Below are positions 13,978 to 29,651 of a DNA stretch of 64,000 nt, piece after piece. The notes beneath the pieces are model-generated. The model made no database searches, was not told the DNA's origin, and saw nothing but the letters and a program-made list of their open reading frames with translations. The DNA is taken from positions 71,982,001 through 72,046,000 of the forward strand of contig NC_043000.1 in the NCBI RefSeq assembly GCF_006345805.1, written 5' to 3'. The stretch's first letter is position 1, and the number at the start of each line of letters is the position of its first letter. A program made the translations under genes and the position numbers. Source of the stretch: Octopus sinensis. Taxonomy: Eukaryota.

Positions 13978-14222
13978 CTTTATTTAAAGCAGCAGAAAAT
14001 TCAACAAAACCTGTTACTCTGAGTTTCCCATTGCCGTTCATCGGACATATATATATATAACACCTGCATCTAGCAAAAACTGTCCGATGAACGGCAACGG
14101 GAAACTCAGAGTAACAGGTTTTGTTGAATTTTCTGCTGCTTTAAATAAAGCATATTACTCTACCACTGGTATTTGAGTACTCTTTTTTCCACCTTGCTTC
14201 ACATTTATGTGTTTACTCCGGT
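13978..14222 (+). mobile_element. PLE-like terminal fragment with a 70-bp inverted copy, between (TA)n tracts
   Basis: 13978-14047 is the reverse complement of 14081-14150 (1 mismatch) and contains an HHR motif. Confidence 0.65.
14076..14122 (+). ncRNA. Minimal type-I hammerhead ribozyme motif (CCGAUGA core variant)
   Basis: AAAACTGT-CCGATGA-A-CG-GCAA-CG-G-GAA-ACT-CAG-AGT-A-ACAG(G)TTTT: stem I, GNRA-capped stem II, short stem III, GUA cleavage triplet. Confidence 0.6.
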
Positions 14223-14395
14223 ATATATATATATACACACACACACGCAAATTTTGCGGATGCCGCCGATATACGAGGTTTCCAGTCTTATCGTTAAAGC
14301 ATGAAACTGGATATTAGTATTTTTGGTCGATAATTGAGGAAGGATTAGGGTCCTTGTGTCTGCTCTACGTGTACGTTTTGCAGTATTTAATGCAT

Positions 14396-14450
<55 letters not shown>

Positions 14451-14451
<1 letters not shown>

Positions 14452-15387
14452 TAAGTAATTAAGGGTTTAGCAACGATTTGCCTCACCACACACCGAATTT
14501 AGGAATAGCAGTCAAGAGTTATAGCTATTCTTTCTACTAAAAGGGAGATCTCAGTAAAACCACAGCACTTGAAAGGCAAACACAGACAGGCAAGAGAGAA
14601 AGAAATGACGGCAATCTATCATACAATTTTAAGTCACCTACGGACGTACGTTTCGAAATTAAGTTTTAGGAAAGCATAAGAATTAGATAATTATGTCTTA
14701 CCCAACTTCTTTTCTCATCAGCGTAGGACACTACAATTATGAATAATTGTATATTAAATTTCGAGGTACTAGAAGGCATCATCTCAACTCAGTATCAGAG
14801 CGAGCTAAAGCCGTTACCAGTATCACCAAATTCAAAGTGTGAATGAAAGTTTGTGTCACCAACCTCTTCCCACCAGCGTGTAGCCAAGACAATATGTTGT
14901 GGTCATCTACTGGGATGAAATATGGTTATCAGTAATAATATAGGGTGAAATTAATTAATTTGGAATAATCATTAATTTCACCAAGTAGATTTCGGCATGT
15001 AAAAGCCTCATTCGAGGAAAGTTTAAGTAATACTAAGTAATTAAGGGTTTAGCAATGATTTGCCTCACCACACACCGAATTTAGAAATAGCAGTCAAAGA
15101 GTTATAGCTATTCTTTCTACTAAAAGGGAGATCTCAGTAAAACCACAGCACTTGAAAGGCAAACACAGACAGGCAAGAGAGGAAGAAATGACGGCAATCT
15201 ATCATACAATTTTAAGTCACCTACGGACGTACGTTTCGAAATTAAGTTTTAGGAAAGCATAAGAATTAGATAATTATGTCTTACCCAACTTCTTTAGCTC
15301 GCTCTGATACTGAGTTGAGATGATGCCTTCTAGTACCTCGAAATTTAATATACAATTATTCATAATTGTAGTGTCCTACGCTGATGA
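14451..15387 (-). mobile_element. HHR-containing 582-bp non-coding tandem element (retrozyme-like or non-autonomous PLE), locus 1
   Basis: CTAAGTAATTAAGGG starts at 14451 and again at 15033 (period 582). The partial second unit ends near 15295, followed by an inverted piece (about 15293-15387). The element abuts (TA)n and has a homologue at 61429. Confidence 0.85.
14637..14727 (-). ncRNA. Type-I hammerhead ribozyme with long stem II
   Basis: Minus strand reads CCTACG-CTGATGA-GAAA...(about 50 nt)...TTTC-GAA-AC-GTAC-GT-C-CGTAGG. It has a perfect 6-bp stem I, a canonical core, palindromic stem III (ACGTACGT) and a GUC triplet. Confidence 0.88.
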
Positions 15388-16249
15388 TTTCTGAAGTCAC
15401 GTTCAGGTTGGAGGACCAGCCTGGGTTCTTCTACAAAAACGGTCTCCAGAGCTGCATCAAACGATGGGAGAAATGCGTAACTCTGGGTGGTTCCTATGTA
15501 GAAAAAGACTAATAACTGTGCCAAGTTTCGTTGCTCTACTGCTATGGGAAGTGGGTCAGGGGCATTACTTATTGAACGCCCCTCGTAATTTTGAAATATC
15601 TATAAAACCGTCAAAAGCTTGTTTATTTTTAGGCTTTTTGATTTATTATTAGTGTTGCTTAATATGCTTTGCTAAAATTGCTGTTTCTTTTCAGATATCA
15701 TCAGAAAAAGGTTATTAAAATTCATTAAAATGACAGATCTATTGGCAGACTTCTGGAAGATAGACTTTTCTTCTTAAAGTATTTAAGAATTTACATAACT
15801 GTTTTAGAGTTTCAACAACAAATAATGCTAATAGCAACATTATTCAGTATCGTTGTCATTCAAAAATATAGACCTAAATATTATAAATCTATATCACAAT
15901 TTTGCATTATGCTACCAAAGGGCTTGCATCCTAATTTACAAATTACAGATACTTACAAATTGCAAATATTTTTAGCTTTAGCTCTCTTCGATGATATAAT
16001 TACAAAGAAAATATTGTTCACCAATGAATGATGGAAGTACATACTGCTAAATGTTTGTCAGCTAATCCAAACTCATTGCTTGGTGGGAGTAAAATAAATA
16101 TAGATAATCCTGCAGCAATGGGAAGATCTCAAAGCACACTGTATGGTTGTAAACTGCTTTAAATCGAATGTTTCGAGAAGAAAACGCTTAAATATACTAA
16201 CTTAACTTATCACAATGATAATTTTAACGAGGTTCAGTGTCATCAGCCA

Positions 16250-17170
16250 GACCTGCTCGAAATACGTGTTGAGTGACGAAATTGTTCTGCACGCACTAGT
16301 CCAGTGCGACTAGTGGGATTATGTCAAATACCTGCTCTCGTGTATAAGACAGATCCGACTATCAGCTGAGTCCATTGTAAAGATCATCTCTCTGCCTTCC
16401 TTTGAGTGGAAGAACACGCAATGTTTTTCTGCCTGGTGGTTTTAACGAAAGGTGACTTAGTGGTACTGGACAAGAACATCAGTGAAAGCCATACATTCAG
16501 ACTAGGTGTGGGGCGGTTAGAGGATTTCCTAATAAACTGCTGTTCTTTAGTGCTAGTGAGGGATTTGAAAGCTGTCTTCGATGCACGTTGGATGCTGTGG
16601 TGTTAACTGATAGGAGGTGCGGATGCAAAAGCTCCGCAAACCTGGCCAGACGTTTCCAACTGTTTGACTGGTACCGGCGGTTTCATCATATTTCTACTAA
16701 AAGTAGGATTATGTTGAAATGAAGATTTTGGTCTAGGTGTTTGCTAAGAAATTGGTGCTTGATCTCGGTGGTCTAGTCGGTGATGGGCAAATATGTGTCT
16801 TCTTGACAGTCTCCACCTCATGTAAAATATCATAGACAGAGTAGGTAAGGAGCTTGGCATGGGTGGGGACATTATTTATCGAAAGCTTTCGATAGAGTCG
16901 ACCATAAATTCTTGTCGACTGTCCTAACAGCAAGTGGTTTTGTCCCCGTTTTCAGGGATTGGATCACCACTGTGTACAAAGGCATCATCTCGGTCCGGAA
17001 ACTAAATGGCTACCTACTAGGACTATTCAGTATCATGGGCTCGGTCCCTCAATGTTGTTCCTTGTCTTCCCTTTTGTATGTACTGACTCTAGATCCACTA
17101 CTGCTGAAAATAGAGTTTCATGAGAATCTTGTACGAACTAGGATACATTGGCACATGCAGGCGACGTCAC
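16250..17170 (+). mobile_element. L1/Tx1-clade LINE ORF2 fragments (endonuclease and RT), decayed
   Basis: LVLVRDLKAVFDA resembles GDFNAVLD. GFVPVFRDWI..VY...NG.L...F.I..SVPQCCSLSSLLYVLTLDPLL resembles Tx1 SVRQGCPLSPLLY. Confidence 0.75.
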
Positions 17171-17174
17171 CCTC

Positions 17175-19700
17175 ATAGTCTTTTTCATATCCCAGAGTAT
17201 GGTTGCTTTCTCGTTTTCTGTGACCTTTTCTGGTGTGTGCCTATACCATCTTTTTTCTGTTGTTATTCCATAATGTTGGCATAGCTTCCAATGTATGTAG
17301 GTTCCAACTCTGTCATGTCTGTGAATATATTCCTTCTTAGCCAGGACTGGGCAGCTAGAGATAATATGATTTATTGCTTTTTGTCCATCTCCACATATTC
17401 TGCAGTTACTTGTTATATTTCTTTTCCTTACATGTTTTTGGTAATTTCTGGTGGGGAGGCTTTGGTCTTGTGCTGCAATTAAAAATCCCCCTGTCTCTGC
17501 TTTGAGTCCTGAGCTTCTCAACCATTTCTGGGATTTTTCTTTGTCTATTTCTTTTGTGTTTAGTTTAGTCCAGTATTTACCATGAAGGGGCTTTTCTTGC
17601 CATCGTTTTATCATGGTTCGTTTCTGTTCTATTTTTAGTTTGGATTTCATTTGTTTTATAGCTTTTGTTGTTTCTTCATCTTCTTCTTCTTCTTCATATT
17701 TATTAGGTGGTACAATTTCTTGTTTGTATTTGTCAGCTTCCTTAAATACTGAGAACAGTTTTTGTTTTGCTCATGTTTTGCCGCTATTTGTATCAGTTTT
17801 CCTTCCTTCTGAAGTAGATATTTCTGCAGTCCTATGGTGGTTATTTTATAGTAGTTTTCCAGCTGTATAAGGCCTCTACCACCTTCTATACGTTGTATAT
17901 ATAGTCTTTTTATGTCAGATTTTGGGTGATGCATCCTAGATCCTGTCATTATTTTTCTTGCTTTCCTATCTATTTTGGTCAGTTCATTTAGTGTCCAGTT
18001 AAGGATATTGTAGCTGTAACTTATAACTGGCACAGCTAAAGTGTTAATACCTATTATCTTGTTTTTAGCATTGAGCTCTGTTTTTAGTATTGATCTAACT
18101 CATCTATAATGTTTTTTTAAATATTTTCTCTTTCATTTGTGTGTTGTGTCTTATCTAGTTCATGGATTCCTAAGTATTTGTAAGTTTGGCTTTGGTCTAA
18201 TTCGTTTATTTCATTGGTTTTATCTAGTGTGATGTTACTACTCTTAACTAGTTTTCCTCTTTTCATGGTTACTTTGGCGCATTTTTCTAGTCCAAATTTC
18301 ATATCTATTTATTTGATAAATCCATGAACTGTCTTTAATAATGTTTCCAGCTGTTTGTCATTTGCAGCGTATAGTTTTAGGTCATCCATATATAAAAGGT
18401 GGCTGATCGTTTTGTCGTAACATTTATATCCGCATCCAGTTCTATTTAGCATATCAGATAGAGGTGACAGTGCCAAGCAGAAAAGGAGTGGAGAGAGCGT
18501 GTCTCCCTGGAATATTCCTCTTCTAATGGGGATGGCTTTGGTTTTCATGAGTCCCTCATTTGTTTGGAGCTGTAGCACTGTTTGCCATTTATTCATAGAG
18601 TGCCCTATGAATTTTATAATTGTTGGTGCTACTTTGTTAATGGCTAGTGTTTCGAGGATCGATGTGTGGGGGATGCTATCAAACGCCTTTTTGTAGTCGA
18701 TCCAGGCCATACTGAGGCCTTTCTTCTGTCTGTGGCTGTCTTCAGTTATGGCTTTATTAATCATTAGTTGATCTTTACAGCCATATGAGCCTTTGCGGCA
18801 TCCTTTCTGCTCTTCTGGAAACAGGTTGTTTTCGTCCAGGTGCTTGTTCAACCTTTGCGATATCACTGTAGTAAATGCCTTGTACATTGTAGGGAGACAG
18901 GTTATTGGTCTGTAGTTTTCTGGTTTTGCTGTCTCATTTGATTTGGGAATTAAGATGGTTTTCCCCTTCGTGAGCCATTCAGGCATTGTCTCTGGCTCTG
19001 CTAGTATGTTGTTAAAGTTTTCAGCCAGCTTTTTGTGCATTCCTGTTAGATATTTCAACCAGAAGTTGGGGATCTTGTCATGCCCAGGTGCCTTCCAGTT
19101 GCTTAGTCTTTGCAGTGCCTGGGTGACCTCTTCAGTTGTTATGGGGGTCCAAAGTTTCTCAGATGCTTTTTTTTTTGGTTGTTCGTTCGCCGACCATATT
19201 TCTCTCCAGAATTCTTCCACTTCTTCTGCCGTTGGTGCTGCAGTGATTTCTATTTTATTTTTGCCAAGTTCTTGGTAGAACTTTTTGGGGTTGGAGTTGA
19301 ACTTTTTGTTTTGTTCAAAGAAGCGCTGGCGTTTCTCGTACCGGCGGATCCTTTGTGCTTTGGCAAGGATATCTTGCTTCAGCTTTTCTTTTATCTCAGG
19401 TAAATCTTTTTCTGTGATGTTATATTTTTGTTTTCTTTTTGTTGCTCAGTAGCGTTGATTGTCTACTGATTTCATTTTTTTGTATTTTGTTTTGGATGTT
19501 ATTTATCCACAGGGTTTGTTTGGGTGGTGGTACTCCTGTTTGGATGGGTTTGAGTGAGTATCCAGCTTCTTTTGTGGCTGCAGTGGCTGCTGCGTATACT
19601 AAGTCATTTAGCGCAGTGATATCGCTTTTTGTTTCAGTGGCTATTAGTTCCGTGACGGCTAAGTTTATGCTGTTTGTAATTGGTGTTGTTGTTTCGTCTA
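17175..19700 (-). mobile_element. R4/Dong-clade non-LTR retrotransposon (RT plus zinc knuckle), frameshifted
   Basis: ORFs contain KAPGHD, NYRPITCL, EQKGC...GCKDQL, WIDYKKAFDS, GIFQGDTLSPLLF, LYMDDLK, FGLEKC and CRIC..HIISSC..RHD..ILWD. Confidence 0.92.
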
Positions 19701-19711
19701 TTATTATTATT

Positions 19712-21849
<2,138 letters not shown>

Positions 21850-21899
21850 TTCTCCTTTATCACAGGTTTTGTTGGAGCTCCTGAAGTCTTGCATACAAT

Positions 21900-22585
<686 letters not shown>

Positions 22586-23204
22586 ATTATTATTATTATT
22601 ATTGTTGTTGTTGTTGTTGTTGTTGTTGCTGTTGTTGTTGATGTTGTTGTTATTTTCATCAGCATCTTTCAATTCTGTTTTTATTTCTTCCTGGGTGTCT
22701 TCCTGACACCTAGGGTAGGGAAACGTACTGTATGCATTGGTAATCTAGTCTTCTTCTTCTTTTCTTCTTCTTCTTCTTCTTCTTCTTCTCTTCTTCTTCT
22801 TCTTCTTCTTCTTCTTCTTCTTCTTCTTCTTCTTCTTCTTCTTCTTCTTTCTCCTCCTCCTCCTCTTCCTCCTCCTCCTCCTCTTCCTCCTCCTCTCCTC
22901 CTCCTCCTCCTCTTCTTCTTCTTCTTCTTCTTCTTCTTCTTCTTCTTTTAATCTACGTGTTTTGTACGATCAATTGCTAGATAACACCCAGTGACTTAGG
23001 GCAAGTGAATGTCAAGAGACCTTTAGATTTAATTGAAAATTTGCGAGAACAAGTGGAGAGGACGGTACAGAAATACACTCATGCAATACAACGTGCATGT
23101 AAAACACTGTATAAGAAAAAATAATAAAAATGAAATTGAAAACGAAATTGTAATAAAAATATATATATATATAAACAAATTATAATTGTACTCATAATTT
23201 TACC

Positions 23205-23400
23205 TCACTTCATCTTCTTTGCTTACTTATTTCTGGGTGGGTCGTTGGGGGTAGAGTCCACCAGGTTCTATTAGAAGCAACCGTTTCCAATTTACTCGAC
23301 TGGATTCCTAAGTGAGTCCAATCGACATCCAACCACTTTGTCCACTTGGGTTTGCTCATAAAACCTATCCCGCAATTCTTTCTCGAGACATTCTCTACCA
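23205..23400 (-). mobile_element. RTE-like LINE 3' end fragment
   Basis: KPKWTKWLD.D...LGI......A.NR..W, typical of an RTE C-terminus. Confidence 0.45.
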
Positions 23401-23639
23401 CATGTCCGTAATATCAGAGAGTTGTAGCGGCTCTACCTGAAACACTTCTCTGATACCCGAGCTACGCACTCAATCGAGTAACGTTAATCGAAAGACGCTT
23501 CGGAGGAGCCTTATTTCTGTTGCTTGTGATCGCGATTGTATTCTTTCGCTGTATGTGAGTTCACATAATACATACATACATACATACATACATACATACA
23601 TACATGTCTCTCTCTTTCTGTATATATATATAGTGGTTG

Positions 23640-24590
23640 TCAACTTATGAAGAGTCTGACCACCTTTTGTTCCTACACATCATGGCGTCTGATGTGGCCT
23701 TTTTAAACCAGACAATGCATTGAAAAGACACCCATATAGATTGCATATCCAATTTGGATCATGAAGAGCTGCAGTTAAGTCATGACCTTTTTGTATCTTA
23801 AAATGTATTTTGAGGCCTCCGTTAGAATTGCAGACCTTATGGCATACATGACATTGAAAGGTGTGCACAGATATATAGCCAGAATAGTTGGTGGAGGTTC
23901 GTTTATCATGGGTCATCAAATGAGATTTGAGCCCAGCAAAAGAAAGGTATGGTCTTTCAAAAACTGTGCACACAAAAAGGTTACTGAGATCCACTTGATC
24001 GTAACATTCTTCTTTAAATCTCTCAGGTGTTATCCTGGCCGCCTCAAACGCTTTCACTCCACTCCACGCATTTGTTCGCCATCCAGCTCGATCCGAAGCA
24101 AGGGTTTCTATGGCCTTTGGATCCATTCCAAGTGAATTCATGGTAGTCCTTATGCCATCCTTAAAGCTCTTTTTAAGGTTTACACCGATTGCGTTTCCTC
24201 TCTACAACCTCGCCATGAAACAGCTGTCTGGGTATGCGTTTATCCGCCATTCGAACAATATAGCCATACCACCTCATTTGATTTTTCAGAATCACTGATT
24301 TAATTGAAGTGATGCCTGCAGACGCAAAGACATCTGTGTCTGGAGTAAAAAATTCCAATTTTATGTTTAAAATTCGGCGAAGGCAGTTTTGGTGGATTCG
24401 TTCTAAAAGTTTGAAATGTCTTTCATAACACGTCCGTGTTTCAGAAGAATACAACAGAAATGGTAAGACAAACGATTTGTAAAGAGCCAATTATGTGTTG
24501 TTATTTATATGTCGTTGGTGCCAAACGTGTGACTCCAAACTACCAAATGCTTGTGCTGCCCTTTGAATTCGCAGATGTATTTCTATCCAG
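23640..24590 (-). mobile_element. RTE-clade LINE 3' part with three C2H2-like fingers
   Basis: LYKSFVLPFLLYSSET..HQNCLRRIL..QMRWYGYIVRMAD.RIPRQLFHGE. Next ORF: E.LA.DR..WR followed by three CxxC...GLKxH-type repeats. Confidence 0.8.
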
Positions 24591-24599
24591 GAATAGAAG

Positions 24600-25190
24600 A
24601 TAACTACTAAATACCTGATAAACAAGAGAGACACAGAAGCCATCAAACTTCCACATTGTGATAGAAAATGTCATTTATGCTATACCAGTGTGGAGGATAT
24701 CACCAACATCATCAGCAGCTTCCCTAAATGTCTATAAGGTTCTACCTACATCAATACTTGCAAAGCCTATTTACATTACTATTCTCTCGAAGCGTTACCT
24801 TGACGGATACATGGAAAGCATGTCGGAACCGAAGTGTATACACCTTTAAAAACAAGGAATATTGGTGAAATATTCCAATAAAAATAACACTCCGGTGAAA
24901 ACACAAAGGACTTGATATTGTTCATTGGGGCAGGGGACAAAAGTTATGCACTCTTGTAGAGGTTAGCTGCCCAGCGGATATATAATCAAAAGTTCAAGAA
25001 AAAGAAAATATTTATGTTGAACTAAAGCGGAACTTAAAGCTCTTGTACCCTGGCTCTAAATTTTCTTTTGTACCTGTCATCATTGGTTCATCAAACTATG
25101 TAAGTAGGGTTTTGCATAAAAATCTAGAATTCTTAGGATTTTTTATGATACAGCAAAAGAAACTGACGCGCTCCTTCCAAATCAAATTTT
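24600..25190 (+). mobile_element. Decayed RLE-type LINE C-terminal fragment
   Basis: Recognisable remnants (H)IISS.P.M, VEVSCP.D, K..EKE.IY and FVPVIIG. Confidence 0.5.
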
Positions 25191-25424
25191 CACTTCCATT
25201 TTAAACTGTTTTCTTACCTAATGTTCACTCCGTCCACGTGAAACTGTTGATGTGAATACATATATGCAAGTATAATTTTTTATTTTGCTAATTGTTTATG
25301 ACACTATATTCAGTGATATACGGAAATAACAGTTCGCGATATACAAGAGTATATAATAGGGATATACGGAATAATAGGAATATAATAGGGATATACGGAA
25401 TTAACAGTTCGCGATATACAAGAG

Positions 25425-25468
<44 letters not shown>

Positions 25469-26177
25469 AACTTACTAAGGATTCTCTATTGTCTGGTCCG
25501 GGCGGAGATTTTGGCAAGAGGCAATGAGTTACTACATTGGATGACACCAATCGTTGTGACGACATCAATACATTGAATTCAGTGCTTTACCCGTTCGTCT
25601 ATTTTACCACCCTCAATACTAAATATTGATTTCGTATCTGTAGAATTTCCACAACTTTGCATGGAATGGTATTTTCAACAGAGCAGAGCTAGTATATTGT
25701 TGTACATGATATACTGACTATCAACTCTACAGAGGAAAAGAAAAAACCATCTATAATGGGATCTGAATTTAGAACATTGGATATAGGTAAATAATGCAAA
25801 ACATTTCATTCAGTGAGTTAGCGTTTCAATAATACCACCACTGTAATATTTATTTAATGTTAAATGGCTTATTGTTAAAATATATAATGTATATTGTGTA
25901 CATATGTTAGTATATATACATATTTTCATTTATTCATTATTATGTGCATTTGAATATGTGCGAATATGTGTGTGTTGCGAAGGATTCTACAATAGATACC
26001 CTGCCACATAGTATATACACACATATGTAAATATGTATATGTATGTATACCAAAATCTAATTTAAATATATATATATATATCTATATATATATATATATA
26101 ATATATATATATATTACATACATACATACATGCATATACACACATAAATCTATATAAATGTGCATTGAGAGAGAGGG

Positions 26178-26215
<38 letters not shown>

Positions 26216-26899
26216 GAGGGAGTGAGTGAGAGGATTCATTATTTTTTTTTTATCTTCGTTAATTTTTCCGATAACATCGTTTAATGTTATTAACATAGCA
26301 CTTAACAGAAAACTCTTCTCAAAAGAAATAGAAGTATATGTATATAAATATTGTAATCTCTTTCTCTATTTCCTTCTCTCTCTCTCTCTCTCTCTCTGTA
26401 TGTGTATGTATGTACATACACACACACACCACACACACACACACACAGCAGGAGAGAGAGAGAAGAGAGAGAGAGAGAGAGTCGGGGGGAATACCAAAAT
26501 ATTAAATGGGTTATCCATACATGATGACGAAGTTGTCAAGTTGTGCCACCGATTTAATTGGTTTTGTAACTCCCTTTGTATAATAACGAAAGATTGCAGA
26601 AGAAAGTCCCCAAAATAGTACAAGAATAACGGTGGGGGAAAGACAAATGTTATGAAATTGAAAAAGAGAGGAACAGTGTAGATGGTCAGATAGAGAGTAC
26701 TATATGCTGATATAGAAAGGGAACAGATTACAGGATATGAAGAAATAAATTTTAGAATCCACACCACATTAACATTGTACTTATTTCACTACAGTAGATC
26801 TATCTTTTAATATTAATTTTGAGTTTCTAATTTAAAACAATAGAATGTTCTAAATGAAAATCATTCAAATTTAATTATAGAGTATGTCTGTATATTGGT

Positions 26900-27075
26900 T
26901 TCAAAGTTTGGCACAGTCAGCAATATCAGGCGAGGCGGGGCTAAGTCGATTACATCGACCCGGGGAAAGGTAAAGTCAACCTTGGCGGTATTTGAACTCA
27001 GAACGTAAATATGGACGAAATGCCGCTAAGCATTTTGTCCAGCGTGCTAACGATTCCGTCATCTTGCCACCTTAA
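26900..27075 (-). mobile_element. SINE family D fragment
   Basis: Reverse complement of the 48740 family (GTTCTGAGTTCAAAT.CCGCC.AGGT.GACTTT). Further fragments at about 31070-31165, 36920-37068, 39380-39510, 43115-43250 and 54290-54405. Confidence 0.75.
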
Positions 27076-27719
27076 AGTATGTCGATATATTAATTAGTGT
27101 ATAGAGTTGGCAGTAAAGTTGGCTGAGACATGAGAGGGCTGGATTAAAGTATATTACCAGATTCTGCACTTCACTCTGATTGACGTTGTACTTATTTCTT
27201 ATCAATCAGTGGTATACTGGATTCGATGTCAGAGCATATAAGTAATATCTATGGAAAGCCCTCTAGTGCAAAATGTACACTTATTTTATAGACTGATTTT
27301 CTTATTCGATAGACTGGTGAATGACAAAGCTTTTTTGGTTGCATGCCTAATGAATGTATAAATTAGTGTATTTCAATATTAGGGTGACTAGTAGATATTG
27401 AATTTGAATTTTATTGTTAAGAATATTGGTCTTTCGTGCAAAATTTGACTGTTTCACAACCTCTCTTCTCTGGCGATTGTATCACAGAGAAATGTGCATA
27501 CATACTTGAAAGGATTCTGCCATCTTGCCGCCTTAAAGTATGTCGATATATTAATTAGTGTATAGAGTTGAAAGGATCATTCGTATAAAATTATAATTAA
27601 TATCAAACTGTAGCCAGCAATATAAAAATAATTTTACAAAGCTGTGCATCGATATTCTGAGTATGATTTCAATCTTTCATTTTTATCTTGATGATACGTA
27701 TCTAATCTTATTATTTTTT

Positions 27720-28110
27720 TAGAGTCACGAGAGATTGCTTGATCTTCAAGAAGTAACAAATCTCACTCATTTGATACTCAACTATCTTAATAAGAGTGTT
27801 CTGGATGCACACTTTACATGAAAAAGTGATGACTGGATGACTGTAACGCTTTGAATATTGTTTTCTAGATCAGGACTGACATCAGGCGAGACAACAGCAA
27901 CAATCGCTAATGTTTGCTACTTGCTCTTTTCTTTCTATGCATACATTGGAAAATTGTATGGGAAGGACAAGTTAATTCGAAACCTACTCTTTGTATCCGA
28001 TAATTTTGTGGATTTAGCACATGCAGCTGGGAATAATGTTTACTTCTTAAAAACCCCTTTGCTAAACTGCTTAACAGAAATGTGTTATCAGAACATTTCA
28101 GGCAAAAACA
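27720..28110 (+). mobile_element. Highly decayed RTE-like RT fragment
   Basis: KLIRNLLFVSD resembles RTE IRELLFADD. Confidence 0.3.
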
Positions 28111-28345
28111 GATGAGAATTTCTTATCAATTAAAAATCTACTTAAGTTTTCCTATTGCTCTTGCGGTGTCAACGTTTCTTCTAAAAATATACGCCTTTAT
28201 AGTTCTATAAGCTTTTAGGCGTTACTCGTGAATACATACATATATGCATACATACATACATGCATACATACATACATAAATGTGTGTGTCTGTGTATGTG
28301 TGTATGTGTATATATAAATACTAATTTATATTTCTCATTTTTCTC

Positions 28346-28482
<137 letters not shown>

Positions 28483-28494
28483 CATATATATATT

Positions 28495-28547
<53 letters not shown>

Positions 28548-28619
28548 ACATATATATATTTATGTATATATATATACATATGTATGTGTGTATACACACA
28601 CACACATGTACGTATGTTT

Positions 28620-28887
28620 ATCTTGTATCTTTTAGTCATTAGACTGCAGCCATGGCGGAGAACCGCTTTGAGAAATTTTAGTCGAATGAATCCCTCTCAG
28701 TACTTATCTATTTAAGCCGCCTTATTGTATCGGAGATTTTTGCCGAACCGCTACATTACGGGGATGTTAACATACAGGCACCGGTTGTGAAGCGGTGGTA
28801 GGGGACAAACACAGATATAAAGACACATATACACACACACACACATACACGCACGCACACACACACACACACACTCACACACACACA

Positions 28888-28924
<37 letters not shown>

Positions 28925-29078
28925 AGAGCGGACTTCTTTCACTTTCCGTCTACCATTCACAAGGCTTTTGTCGACCCTAGGCTTAAGTAGAAGAAACTTG
29001 CTCGTGCCACACAGTGGGACTGACCCAGAACCATGTGGCTGGAGAGCAAACTGCTTGTCAGACAGCCACGCCTACGCG
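28620..29078 (-). mobile_element. SINE family B (internal CA/TA microsatellite)
   Basis: Reverse complement homologue of 40718-41126. Confidence 0.8.
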
Positions 29079-29199
29079 TTTGTGTATATGTGTTTGTGTA
29101 TATGTGCATCTGATTATATAAACTTTGCCGTCTGATTATATAAACTTTGCGTTTGTGTATATGTGTTTGTGTATATGTGCATCTGATTATATAAACTTT

Positions 29200-29651
29200 G
29201 CCGTCGGACGAAATTCTCTCTCACTCGCCACACGACATTCTGTTGTCCAGATTCTTTCACTGCTGCCCGTCTGTACCTTTGATTCACCGGAATATTATCA
29301 TCGCTATCGGAATCATCTGATTCTGAATTAGGAAAATACTCACTCTCCGAGTCATTGTCCGAACCGGAAGAAACAACTGGTGAGGTGGTAGAGTTTGGAG
29401 TAGCTTGGCGCGACGACCATAAATTCGATAAAACAGGACGCAACAACGAAGTTGACGGAGCCTGAGTGGCAGGATCAGCCCATTGGGTTGTAAATATTTA
29501 CATGAAACATCTAATCGGCCTATCAGGTGGAAGGTGGACCGTACTAACTCAGGCGGCAGGTTTTAAATCAAGCCGCGTATAATTACGTCGACCAATTTAA
29601 AGCATGTACACTGCGTGCATAAATTTACGTTAATCGTTTTAACAGGGTTAA
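29200..29651 (-). mobile_element. piggyBac-like transposon left end with transposase N-terminal remnant
   Basis: Minus strand begins TTAA|CCCTGTT (TTAA target plus CCC terminus). ORF 29114-29446 has the acidic S/D-rich stretch SDNDSESEYFPNSESDDSDSDD typical of piggyBac N-termini. Confidence 0.65.
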
